64,000 nucleotides of DNA from an uncultured Isosphaeraceae bacterium (GTDB lineage: Bacteria > Planctomycetota > GCA-002687715): the NCBI GenBank assembly GCA_964507445.1, contig CAZDQF010000005.1, positions 38,436 to 102,435 on the forward strand, written 5' to 3'. A model generated the notes under the pieces. It worked only from the letters and a program-made list of their open reading frames with translations, did not search any database and was not told where the DNA came from. Both the position numbers and the translations under genes were made by a program. Shown here one piece after another: positions 16,901 to 24,034 of the stretch (the stretch's first letter is position 1; every line of letters starts with the position of its first letter).

Positions 16901-18941
16901 GCGGCGCCGCGTCAGCGGCTACGCACGGCACCAGGTCTCCATGGAGCGCCTGCGTGAAGGCACCGACGTCCACGCTCGCACCCTCGCTGACCGAGCCCTC
17001 CTGCGCCACGCCGATCCACCTTCGCCGGTCGAGACCATGCCGACCTCCAGCATCACCAGGCCAGTCCGCGTGGCGCTGATCATCGACCCGAGGCCGGTGG
17101 TGGCGCCGACGCCAAGGCTCCATGGCGGGACGTTGCGAGAGCACGCGGCGGAGTTGAGCGACCTGGACCGCGGGATACTGAGCCAACTCCGACGCCTCCG
17201 GGCCACCGCGGACGCGGCTGTCGACGTCACCGTCGTCGGCGTCGGACGGATCGCCACCATGGACGTGCTCCGGGAGACCCTGGCCCTGGGAGCTGACCGG
17301 GCCTTCCTGTTGAACACGGGCACCCGCAACCTGTTCGCGACCGACGTGGCCGGCGCCATCGCAGAGTTGGTGAGAGCCAACGAGGAGCTCGGTGACGCCG
17401 CTTTCGATGTCGTCCTGGGAGCCGCGGATCGCGGGTCCCTGCTGCTCCCCCTGGCCCGAAGGCTGGAGCTGGTGCCCTTCGAAGGCAGCCGCTGCTTCGG
17501 CCTCACGGCGACGACCGATCAACTGGAGTTCCAGGTGAGACCATCCCGGGGTGAGGACATTCAACTCGCCGGGCCCTGTCTCCTGACCATCGAGGACCCC
17601 AGGACGGCGGCGGAGTTCACCTGGAGCATGGAGGGGTGGGGCGCCGCCCAGGCCGTGGACGTGACCGTCGTGGACTTCATCCCCGAGGACGCTCCGTCCA
17701 TCAGGCTCGAGGCCACCATCTCATCGGCGTCGTCGGAGGTCCCGGCGGAAGTCGGCCCCATGGACGTGACCGACGCCGCGGCGCACTTCGCGGAAGCCAC
17801 GGGACTGGACGGGGCACCGGAGACCCGAGGCTTCTACGAGGGGGAGATCACCCGGATGCCGCCGGGCATGTTCTTCCACGGGCTGGGCGCCGTGGCCGTG
17901 GCGGAGGCGGACCAGGAAGGCGGCGTGGCCACCAACATCGCCGGCCCCGCGAACGCGGCGTCCGCCGCCGCGGCGGGGGGTCCTCTCGGCGCGTTGCTCA
18001 TCGTCCCGTCCCAGGATCCGGATGTCGTGAGGAGGGCCGCCGGTGAGACCCTCGCCGTCGCGCCGGGCAGCCGGGTCGGTGTGGTCGCCTGGGAAGGGCT
18101 CATGACCCGTTCCGTCATCACGAGGGCGCAGATCATGGAAGGGCTGCTGCGCGAACACCCCACCCCGGCGTTCTTCGCCACCCGGCTGAGGTCCGCGGCC
18201 TTGCTCTCCGGCGAGGGGCGCGCCCTGGCCGGCGAGGACATCGCGCTGGTGGACGGGGTGGATCGCGTCGGGGCATCAGGCAAGCGCTGCACCCTCTCCG
18301 GGCTCCGCTACGACCGGAAGATCCGGTACCACGCCGACAGCGACGGAGCGTCACCGCACGTGGTGGTGGCCTCGACGGTGGAGACCTCTGAGGCCGAAGC
18401 CGACCCCGCACCAGGGGACGGCGCGGTCATCCTGCTGGATGAGCTACCGCTCCCCAACCAGGAGGACGTCCTCGGCAAGGCGGTGGTGGACGCCGAGCAG
18501 CAGCTCGGTGTCTCCCTCGAGGACGCAGAGTTCATCATCGATGTGGGCTACGGCGTCGGCAGCCGGGACGGCATCGAGGAGGTCATCGAACCGCTCCAGC
18601 AAGCCCTTATCGATCTCGGCGTGAAGGGCGTCACCATCGGGGCCACCCGCAAGGTGACCCAGGACCTCGGCATCCTCCCGGATTCTCATCAGATCGGGCA
18701 GACCGGGGTGTCCGTCGACCCCCGCGTGATGCTCTGTGTCGGCGTCTCCGGCGCTCCGCAACATCTGGAGTACATCGGCGACCGGGCGGTCATCTTCGCC
18801 TTCAACAAGGACGCGGACGCGCCGCTCATGACCCTGAACGGTAGCAGACCGAAGCCGGTGGTGTATCCCATCGTCGGCGACCTGTTCCAACAGGTCCCCC
18901 TGTTCGTCCGGGCGCTGGAAGAGCGGTCGCGGGGTCAGTAG
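10902..18941 (+). CDS. giant multi-domain flavoprotein: FixC/ETF-QO-like FAD oxidoreductase, 2 TM helices, FixX-like ferredoxin, partial ACAD-like module, complete acyl-CoA dehydrogenase, EtfB-like and EtfA-like domains in one polypeptide
   Basis: Single uninterrupted 2,679-aa reading frame. Domains in order:
- nt 10902-12220: GxGxxG VLIVGGGAAGITAA and FixC / ETF-ubiquinone-oxidoreductase-like FAD domain.
- nt 12255-12305 and 12516-12580: hydrophobic helices.
- nt 12751-12856: CPAW...ENCIRCETCW ferredoxin-like segment.
- nt about 13500-14400: ACAD C-terminal-like module (RVQFPGMF...FGAVQEM...GGTAYSEEDPVCRFFRDA).
- nt 14950-16600: full ACAD (FALTEPSAGSD, YRVNGAKMWITNG, IYEGTSEIQR).
- nt 17035-17800: EtfB-like.
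- nt 17800-18941: EtfA-like, with ILPDSHQIGQTGVSVDPRVMLCVGVSGAPQHLEYIGDRAVIFAFNKDADAPLM as the ETF-alpha FAD-domain signature. Confidence 0.8.
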   Translation: MPRSNTKVLIVGGGAAGITAAIGLAKRDIPVVVLEGGLYAGAENWSGAVYFCENLVRPEILGEDGLAQTPVERRVVQRGLLASDGELAVGASVRSPAAFNHCYTVLRPVFDHDLAEKARIHGAEILTGTTALALLRDGDRVRGVLTDRGPIYADVVFLAEGDASNLVTREGLETKNPGESGIVRPEFLQGIKEVLQLPEGEIERRFGVQEGEGACFEILLRNGTVKGATAPLNAGAFLYTNRDSLSIGLVAPLHNLKQVGVRHNQLMEWLKGMPALEGLLDGARPVSFGAKLIRGGGFKEMPRLALDGCAVGGAATGIGLDFPCPNYTGPATFMGWAFSEAVADILDDGGAFTREALEARYVETVQSSSYLTDVHSLKDWPAFVSETRHFFDTQVDVATAMADAATNPERSGHLAVARAALDATSGHRKALMAELNRAGAALGLTRGLGKDILLAVPWWVINCVIGWFPRRTSTDATLVPHLLHGAGVTRESAPWLIRYVRWIMAPGLAEALHHLYRNDGAALPEKLRASRRALLNRISLVDLVLAPLLLLVLTLLNLVARRRETDRRTALDQVSPEVDHDSKLAWLTYRSDEHTHIRFHAAYDEHGLPDDASSSLFNVCPAWVYKQEDSPAGDGSVAVLHENCIRCETCWRADDRRVDWGRTRGQRLVFESYTSADAWLRESREAANLARAARAGTAQPIPPIVDPDPVALDAADRADASAAGTRISRHLRSFRSLMRHMPSVLLGSDRKLLDALGREVIRGVEDLGEALGRHDAADLKSRRDALAGWVRLATDHLDTERFFHFEADLGVLESHHMVEVRALTGVGLSRPPRRASFGMGARRAALRALLEQRLDRDTVAACEASMQPTDDARRALLDVVAALCDPDSGEPVAPGSVARDAALEEMARLSPSLAVLTAGHLAVCDLVHRAETPARPVPALSEVRDDLRTGRVIGGILRGEFWLNDDAVSGQSEACLLGGLGVLALPTGDGFCLLVPGDDGVTTRIVGGLGLRGAGPGTVTLDAVVPRAFFSGEPAGDWLRERACWDLVAVARGMSAYLLERALDHAASRVQFPGMFKDHRGRDSIAKFGAVQEMLGVMTENQEVLEALRDRAGMGRPAAALAINLLGPSPRSTAYLAGQVLGGTAYSEEDPVCRFFRDAATLTRLPIHLAQIWGEVGDTALGMGPEGPDLPDLDMEPRPLAAPDEASRLVATPIRDVDDAVRAFTAAVGELEEADRAALRREVGRLTLDVAAVRALASRVEARLEDGARGGISSAALEGLCERTAARARRLTLRLGDVPALCELGRQLLDNHTVSTPPNGDGATYGDYLSSDGSFTSGDLLMKPSQNDLVLTPELIHADPELAALKQQIDDTWKSRYRDRRPGEEPYTRYVERLHHVPLTDIRTLLDEGYFRLIIPTAHGGEGAKKVAYYLATTAMMRHGDPTQAIIVMGSTSIGTTPLLLGLEQDLPEARRTLTSLMERRDEVEAAAAGDGQARKALRSLLGNKAVRGLLPRDLRGWEAKVQEELDSLPGREAAHAFFLRLIASGSISAFALTEPSAGSDTARVRTKAELCHVPVEADPRGFWTFRPEGAPEDTVRNLFTYDSLEFADDGITFVGADGQRTPLDVRDFDHQGDVRSSAESKHRYVVLDGERIDVHDIGRVTEQDGATVYPYYRVNGAKMWITNGSTAGVMILYARTGRGPTGFMLDAHAEGLVIGKDEEKMGQRGSATNELALSDVRIPRDQVIGIEGRGQENALETLNVGRAGLAVSCTGLIQEVVEDLRAHFSDDDAEPTPEQLLELGKIALDAVNAESLGWQLAGRFDHGGTVSVRMESALAKASNTEAYHRVLTRAERVLSPRFVLDDHELEKRRRDARVLTIYEGTSEIQRFLMLRDLVDGLREDQGQGAPETELWGPFSAARGDLFKHVGAVQRGLGPRAWQQAGLQPVVFPLVEGLMALGGYTATVQRLQVAERLLDENDPAAAELLGFIRRAAQLSGEDLERRRVSGYARHQVSMERLREGTDVHARTLADRALLRHADPPSPVETMPTSSITRPVRVALIIDPRPVVAPTPRLHGGTLREHAAELSDLDRGILSQLRRLRATADAAVDVTVVGVGRIATMDVLRETLALGADRAFLLNTGTRNLFATDVAGAIAELVRANEELGDAAFDVVLGAADRGSLLLPLARRLELVPFEGSRCFGLTATTDQLEFQVRPSRGEDIQLAGPCLLTIEDPRTAAEFTWSMEGWGAAQAVDVTVVDFIPEDAPSIRLEATISSASSEVPAEVGPMDVTDAAAHFAEATGLDGAPETRGFYEGEITRMPPGMFFHGLGAVAVAEADQEGGVATNIAGPANAASAAAAGGPLGALLIVPSQDPDVVRRAAGETLAVAPGSRVGVVAWEGLMTRSVITRAQIMEGLLREHPTPAFFATRLRSAALLSGEGRALAGEDIALVDGVDRVGASGKRCTLSGLRYDRKIRYHADSDGASPHVVVASTVETSEAEADPAPGDGAVILLDELPLPNQEDVLGKAVVDAEQQLGVSLEDAEFIIDVGYGVGSRDGIEEVIEPLQQALIDLGVKGVTIGATRKVTQDLGILPDSHQIGQTGVSVDPRVMLCVGVSGAPQHLEYIGDRAVIFAFNKDADAPLMTLNGSRPKPVVYPIVGDLFQQVPLFVRALEERSRGQ

Positions 18942-20473
18942 TTCAGCGCGCTCAGCGGCACACGGAGACGGTGGACACGATCTCCGGCGATGTTGATGAC
19001 CTCGTAGCTGACGCCGGGGTCTTCTCCGCCGGGCTCGAACCGCACGAATCCGAAAGAAGGCGTGGCGTTGTAGGAGAAGAGCGCCCTCTTCATCACCGCG
19101 TGCTTGTGGACGTTGGTCAGCCGGGAGGAGTTGAACTCGTAGATGGGGTATCCACCCGGGCGTTGGTTCAGCCAGGCGTCAGACCGGTGACGGTCAGCGG
19201 AGAGTTGCACCACGCCGGTGATCCTGTGCTCTGAGAGGAAGCGGTAGATCCCTGCCCGTTCCTGGGGATGCCCGTCCCACGTGTCCTTGCTCTTGCCCTT
19301 CGTCCCCGTCGCCCAGGGCACCGGGGAACAGATCACCTTGAACACCGCCTTCGAGTCCTTGAGTCCCTGCTTCAGCCAGCGCAGCTGATGGGGTCCGAGC
19401 ATGGAGCTGGAGCCGTCGCCCTTGGGCCTCTCACGGTACGCCCGTCCGTCGAGCATGAAGAAGTCCACGGCGCCCCAGGAGAAGCTGTACCAGCAACCCG
19501 GCCGCTCCACGCCGCCGCCGTACCCCGGGTTGGCCCAATTCTCGACGAACACATCCCAGACGTCCCGCTTCCACGGTGGGGTGTCCACCGCGGGGCCGCC
19601 CTTGCAGTCGTTGGTGCCGAAGTCGTGATCATCCCAGATGGAGAACGTCGGTACGCGGGCGGTGAGGGCGCGGTAAGGCGGGCTGGCCTGACGACGGTGA
19701 TAGCAGTACCGCTGAACGTCGGGGTGCTTGGGGTGATCGATGTAGACATTGTCCCCCAGGAGCAGCAGCAGGTCCGGGGAGGTCTTGGCGATGGTCGACC
19801 ACATGTGCTCATGCCGTGGCGTGAACCCGGCGCCGCCGCCGAAGGCGAGGGTGAACGCCCCCTTCGAACCGAGGGTCGGAGCCGTTCGGAACGCCAGCAC
19901 AGCAGCGGTCGGCTCTTCTCCGCTGTCAGGCCGCAGATCCACGGTCCCTTCGTAGGCCGTGTCCGACTCCAGGCCCGTCATGTGCAACACCGCGGTGCAA
20001 TCGGAGGCTGGCTCGGTGCGCGCCTCGACCCGGCGCCCCGCGACCGAGAGCACCACCGTGGCGGGGCTGGTGGTCCGGACCCACACCCGCGCATCGTGAG
20101 GACCCACGGCACCCACCATGGGGCCCATGGCGATGCGGGGCGTCTCGCAGAGCTCGGGGTAGCGATCTCGAAGCGGACGCAGCCAATGCTGGAAGGCCAC
20201 GGCCAGTCGCCCCTCGGGGAACCCGAGACGACGCACCCGTTCCACCGCCGCCGCGGCCGCGGCCGGATTCTGCTGCGCCGCCTCGGCGATGGCGACCATG
20301 AACCAGTCTTCAGGGTCATCATCGTTGGCCGCGATACGGCCGCGGAGGGTCTTGAGGGCCACCGCGGGCTTGCCGTCGACGATCTGACGCAACGCGTCAC
20401 GGTGGATCTTCTTGTACTGGCCCTGAGCCGCGAGGCACCCGACCATGGTCAGGAAGATGATGCAGGTTCGCAT
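18935..20473 (-). CDS. PhoD-family alkaline phosphatase / metallophosphatase, secreted
   Basis: IWDDHDFGTND and GDNVYIDH are PhoD-family motifs. Internal ATG 20473 gives the signal peptide MRTCIIFLTMVGCLAAQ; the ORF-track start 20728 is over-extended. The 3' end overlaps the giant gene by 7 nt. Confidence 0.8.
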   Translation of the reverse strand: MRTCIIFLTMVGCLAAQGQYKKIHRDALRQIVDGKPAVALKTLRGRIAANDDDPEDWFMVAIAEAAQQNPAAAAAAVERVRRLGFPEGRLAVAFQHWLRPLRDRYPELCETPRIAMGPMVGAVGPHDARVWVRTTSPATVVLSVAGRRVEARTEPASDCTAVLHMTGLESDTAYEGTVDLRPDSGEEPTAAVLAFRTAPTLGSKGAFTLAFGGGAGFTPRHEHMWSTIAKTSPDLLLLLGDNVYIDHPKHPDVQRYCYHRRQASPPYRALTARVPTFSIWDDHDFGTNDCKGGPAVDTPPWKRDVWDVFVENWANPGYGGGVERPGCWYSFSWGAVDFFMLDGRAYRERPKGDGSSSMLGPHQLRWLKQGLKDSKAVFKVICSPVPWATGTKGKSKDTWDGHPQERAGIYRFLSEHRITGVVQLSADRHRSDAWLNQRPGGYPIYEFNSSRLTNVHKHAVMKRALFSYNATPSFGFVRFEPGGEDPGVSYEVINIAGDRVHRLRVPLSALNY

Positions 20474-20488
20474 GGCCCGGTATCCTAC
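20474..20488 (-). promoter_or_regulatory. -10-like TAGGAT lying 8 nt upstream of the ATG of the PhoD-family gene
   Basis: Sense-strand sequence is GTAGGATACCGGGCC followed by ATG. It shares an identical 16-nt core with the pepE junction. Confidence 0.3.
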
Positions 20489-20492
20489 AGCC

Positions 20493-20843
20493 ATGAACGG
20501 ACTGAGCGCTGAGCAGGTAGCAGAGCTGCGGGCGGACCTGGCGACGCTGCACCAGGAGTTGGAGGCGCTCCTCACCATGGCCGACGACGGCGCCAGGCCC
20601 ATCGAGCTGGAGCAACCCATCGGCCGACTGTCTCGAATGGACGCCATGCAACAGCGAGAGATGGCCATGGCGAACCACGCCGCACACCAACGTCGCCTCA
20701 GTCTGGTGGACGAGGCCGTGGAGGCCATGGAGGACGGGAGCTACGGCCTCTGCGCCAACTGCGACCGGCCCATCGCGTTCAGCCGTCTCAAGGCGCTGCC
20801 GGAGACGATCTCCTGCCTGCCGTGCCAGGAGCGCCTCGAGTAG
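20493..20843 (+). CDS. DksA/TraR-family C4-type zinc-finger protein
   Basis: CANCDRPI...CLPCQE C4 zinc finger at the C-terminus after a coiled-coil region. Start ATG 20493 (MNGLSAEQ); the alternative ATG 20472 overlaps the start of the PhoD-family gene. Confidence 0.7.
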   Translation: MNGLSAEQVAELRADLATLHQELEALLTMADDGARPIELEQPIGRLSRMDAMQQREMAMANHAAHQRRLSLVDEAVEAMEDGSYGLCANCDRPIAFSRLKALPETISCLPCQERLE

Positions 20844-20859
20844 GCGATTCCCCCTGTCC

Positions 20860-21735
20860 TCACCGCCTGCCCGGCCGCAGCACCAGCCACATGCCGAGGA
20901 ACACTCCCGCCGCGGCGATGGAGTTGGCCACGGTCACCGGTTCTCCGTGGATCAGGACCCCCGTGAAGACCACCAACGCCGGCTGCGAGAACGTGTACAC
21001 CGCGGCCGTGGACGCGCTGAGCCGGGTGAGCGCGAAGAGATTCAGCAGGTAACCCAGGATGGTGGGAAAGAGAACGACAAAGCCGAGGGCCCACCACGAC
21101 GCGGCGCTCGCGGCCGCAGGGGCGAGGTCCGCGTCCCAGGACATGATCGGCAGCGACCACAGCGCGAAGAAGAACATCCACGCGGTGACCGCCATGGGGG
21201 GATGTTCTTTGAGCAGAGGCTTGGAGAGGACCAGGTAGACCGAGTACACCAGCATGTTGCTCAGCAGCAGCAGGTCTCCCAGCAGGTGAACGGCGCCCTC
21301 GTGGAAGAGGAGCTGGACGATGGCCACCAGCCCCACGACGATGCCCGCGATCCGCCGCCTGTCGGGCCGCTCCTGCCCCGCGATCAAAGCCACTCCGTAG
21401 GTGAGCGCCGGGATGAGCCCGACCATGAGTCCGGCGTTGGTGATGGGGGCCCGCTTCAGCCCTTCGAGGAAGCAGAACTGGTTCAGCGCGATCCCCATGA
21501 GGGCGGCCAGCTGGATCCGCACCAGGCTACGAAGCGGCGGGATCGCGGCCCCTCGGTGGAGCACGATGGCGATCATCCCCAGCACCAGGGCTCCGGTTCC
21601 GATACGCCAGACCGCCACGGCGGACGGCTCGAACCCCTCGAACGCCATCTTCCCGTAGAGCGGGAACAGGCCGAAGAAGAGCTGCGTGAAGCCGAGCGCC
21701 ACGTGGTGCGGGAGAGTGGAGCCAGCGCTGCCCAT
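20860..21735 (-). CDS. EamA-family (DMT superfamily) transporter
   Basis: 291 aa with about 10 hydrophobic helices and the duplicated EamA architecture. TAGTTT lies 8 nt upstream of the ATG. Confidence 0.7.
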   Translation of the reverse strand: MGSAGSTLPHHVALGFTQLFFGLFPLYGKMAFEGFEPSAVAVWRIGTGALVLGMIAIVLHRGAAIPPLRSLVRIQLAALMGIALNQFCFLEGLKRAPITNAGLMVGLIPALTYGVALIAGQERPDRRRIAGIVVGLVAIVQLLFHEGAVHLLGDLLLLSNMLVYSVYLVLSKPLLKEHPPMAVTAWMFFFALWSLPIMSWDADLAPAAASAASWWALGFVVLFPTILGYLLNLFALTRLSASTAAVYTFSQPALVVFTGVLIHGEPVTVANSIAAAGVFLGMWLVLRPGRR

Positions 21736-21758
21736 GGGCGGCTAAACTACGCCCTCTG

Positions 21759-22553
21759 ATGCCAAGGCACCATGTCGTCATCCTCGCCCTCGCCTTCGTG
21801 GCCGGGTCCTGCGGGCACCCTCCGGCCGTGAACCAGGGTCCATCCGCCGAACCCCGCGGCCTTCAGGTTCGCTCGGGTGTGGTCGGACACAGCGTTGAAG
21901 GTCGGCAGATCCGTTGGGAGGTCTACGGCGACGGGCCCGACGTCTGCATGATCATCGCCACCATTCATGGCAACGAGGCCGCCGGGACGCCGCTCCTCGC
22001 TTCCCTCAAGGCCCACCTGGACGATCACCCCGACCTGCTCGAAGGGCGGTCCCTCGTCCTGGTCCCTGTCGCCAACCCGGACGGCCTGGCCAAAGGGCGG
22101 AGGCACAACGTCAACGGCGTGGACCTCAACCGCAACTTCCCCGCCGACAACTTCCAGGCATCCCGCCGCCACGGCCCCCGCGCCCTCTCCGAGCCCGAAG
22201 CCAGAGCCCTCCGGGACCTCGTCTATCGTCACAACCCCGCTCGCGTGGTCAGCATCCACCAACCCATCGCCTGCATTGACTGGGACGGCCCCGGGGAGGG
22301 GCTGGCCCGGGCCATGTCGGAGCTCTCGGGCCTCGAAGCCAGGCGCATCGGCAGCCGCCCCGGCTCCTTCGGCTCATGGATCGGCGTGGACATGAACCGG
22401 CCCATCATCACCGTCGAGCTGCCCCGATCCGCCGACAGGCTGAGCGAGGAGGCCGCGTGGGATGCGTACGGCAGCATGCTCATCCAGAGCCTCATCTGGC
22501 CACGACGCCTGCAGGTCGTCCCTTACGCACAAGATCAGGAGACCGCACCGTGA
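21759..22553 (+). CDS. M14-family zinc carboxypeptidase / gamma-D-glutamyl-meso-DAP amidase (MpaA-like), lipoprotein
   Basis: HGNEAAG zinc-binding motif, NPDG, and the SIHQ motif of the succinylglutamate-desuccinylase / MpaA group. N-terminal lipoprotein-like signal LALAFVAGSCG. Confidence 0.65.
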   Translation: MPRHHVVILALAFVAGSCGHPPAVNQGPSAEPRGLQVRSGVVGHSVEGRQIRWEVYGDGPDVCMIIATIHGNEAAGTPLLASLKAHLDDHPDLLEGRSLVLVPVANPDGLAKGRRHNVNGVDLNRNFPADNFQASRRHGPRALSEPEARALRDLVYRHNPARVVSIHQPIACIDWDGPGEGLARAMSELSGLEARRIGSRPGSFGSWIGVDMNRPIITVELPRSADRLSEEAAWDAYGSMLIQSLIWPRRLQVVPYAQDQETAP

Positions 22554-22567
22554 ACGACTGGCGCGCC

Positions 22568-23398
22568 ATGCACGAGCAGAACAGGAGATCATGGAACGCT
22601 GTCACGGCGGCTCACAACAGCCACAAGCGCGACCAGGCGAAGTTCCTGAGCGCCGGAGGCAGCACCCTGTTCCCCGAAGAGCTGGAGCTTCTCGGAGACG
22701 TCTCAGGGAGAGACCTGGCACATCTGCAGTGCAACTGCGGTCAGGACTCCCTCTCCCTCTCGCAGATGGGGGCGCACGTCACGGGAGTGGACATCTCGGA
22801 TCGCGCCATCGATGTGGCGCAGGGGCTCGCCGACTCCACGGGCATCGCGTGCGCGTTCGTGCGCTCGGACCTGCTCGAGTGGCTTGAGTCCACGAGCGAG
22901 CGTTTTGATGTGGCGTTCGCCAGCTACGGGTGCGCGGGGTGGATATCGGATATCAACAGGTGGGCGCACGGCATCTCCCGCATCCTCAAGCCGAACGGGC
23001 AGCTGGTCTACATGGAGTTCCATCCGTTGGTGTGGAGCCTCGACGCCACGGGGCTCGCCGGCGACTCCTACTTCGTCCATGACCCGATCGTCGAGGAGGA
23101 AGGGGTCACCGACTATGTGGGTGAAGCCCTCGCGCCATCCGGATTCGAGCGCGGAGTGGAGGGCTTCACGAACCCCGAGCGCGCCTACAGCTTCCAGTGG
23201 CCCGCCGCCGCCATCATGCAGGCTCTCATCGACGCAGGCATGAGCTTGAACGTGGTGCGAGAGTACCCCTACGCCAACGGCTGCGAGCTGTTCGAGGGCA
23301 TGCAGAGGACCCCGGGCAACCGCTACACCCTCCCCGGTCACATGCCCTCCCTGCCGCTCATGCTCGGCCTGCGCGCTCAGCAACCAGCAGACAGCTGA
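22568..23398 (+). CDS. class I SAM-dependent methyltransferase
   Basis: GVDISDRAIDVA...FDVAFAS...LKPNGQLV are Rossmann-type methyltransferase motifs I-III. ATG 22568; the ORF-track start 22376 is an Arg/His-rich over-extension. Confidence 0.6.
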   Translation: MHEQNRRSWNAVTAAHNSHKRDQAKFLSAGGSTLFPEELELLGDVSGRDLAHLQCNCGQDSLSLSQMGAHVTGVDISDRAIDVAQGLADSTGIACAFVRSDLLEWLESTSERFDVAFASYGCAGWISDINRWAHGISRILKPNGQLVYMEFHPLVWSLDATGLAGDSYFVHDPIVEEEGVTDYVGEALAPSGFERGVEGFTNPERAYSFQWPAAAIMQALIDAGMSLNVVREYPYANGCELFEGMQRTPGNRYTLPGHMPSLPLMLGLRAQQPADS

Positions 23399-23425
23399 GA
23401 GAGCGGTAGACCGAGCCCGGACTGT

Positions 23426-23962
23426 TCAGAGCCCCATGGAGTCCAGGAGCCCTGCGGGGGTCGTCTCCACGGTCAGCAGTTGACGGGCCTCCGCGCTGAC
23501 AAAGCCCTCCGCCACCAGGTGATCGGCGAGGGACAGCCAGGGTTGGAAGAAGCCCTCCACGTCCAGCACGCCGATAGGGGCGCGCAGCTCGCCCAGCTGC
23601 TTCCAGGTGAGGACCTCGAGCATCTCGTCAAAGGTCCCGTATCCTCCGGGGAGCGCGATGAAGGCCTTGGACTCCGCGATCATCAGCTCTTTTCTCGGCA
23701 TCATCCCGGTGGTCACTTCCATCCGCTGCAGCCCCGGGTGCGCGATCTCCACCGTGTGAAGGAACCCTGGGATCACCCCGAGGACCTGTCCGCCGGCGTC
23801 GAGCACGGCGTCCGCACAGACCCCCATGAGACCGATGGACCCACCCCCGTAGACCAGGTCGTGGCCACGCTCGACGAGGACCCGGCCCAGCTCCACGGCG
23901 GCCGCCTCGAAGGCGGGGCGCGCCCCTTTCTGGGATCCACAGAAGACACAGACGGCTGACAT
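23426..23962 (-). CDS. LOG-family cytokinin riboside 5'-monophosphate phosphoribohydrolase / TIGR00730 protein
   Basis: VYGGGSIGLMG and PGGYGTFDE motifs are characteristic of the LOG family. 178 aa. TACAAT lies 9 nt upstream of the ATG. Confidence 0.75.
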   Translation of the reverse strand: MSAVCVFCGSQKGARPAFEAAAVELGRVLVERGHDLVYGGGSIGLMGVCADAVLDAGGQVLGVIPGFLHTVEIAHPGLQRMEVTTGMMPRKELMIAESKAFIALPGGYGTFDEMLEVLTWKQLGELRAPIGVLDVEGFFQPWLSLADHLVAEGFVSAEARQLLTVETTPAGLLDSMGL

Positions 23963-24020
23963 GGGCGCGGGATTGTAGCCCTGTGGAGCGAGCCCCGATA
24001 GGCTGCCGCTGTGCAGCTTC

Positions 24021-24034
24021 TAGACTGGGTTGTG
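24021..24034 (+). promoter_or_regulatory. -10-like TAGACT lying 8 nt upstream of ATG 24035 of the symporter gene
   Basis: TAGACT, then GGGTTGTG, then ATG. Same leaderless-type architecture. Confidence 0.3.

Noticed and set aside
10902-18941. Reading the giant ORF as five adjacent genes (fixC, fixX, acd, etfB, etfA).
   Set aside because: No in-frame stop codon occurs anywhere in the 8,040 nt and all modules share one frame. Only a sequencing or assembly error could split it.
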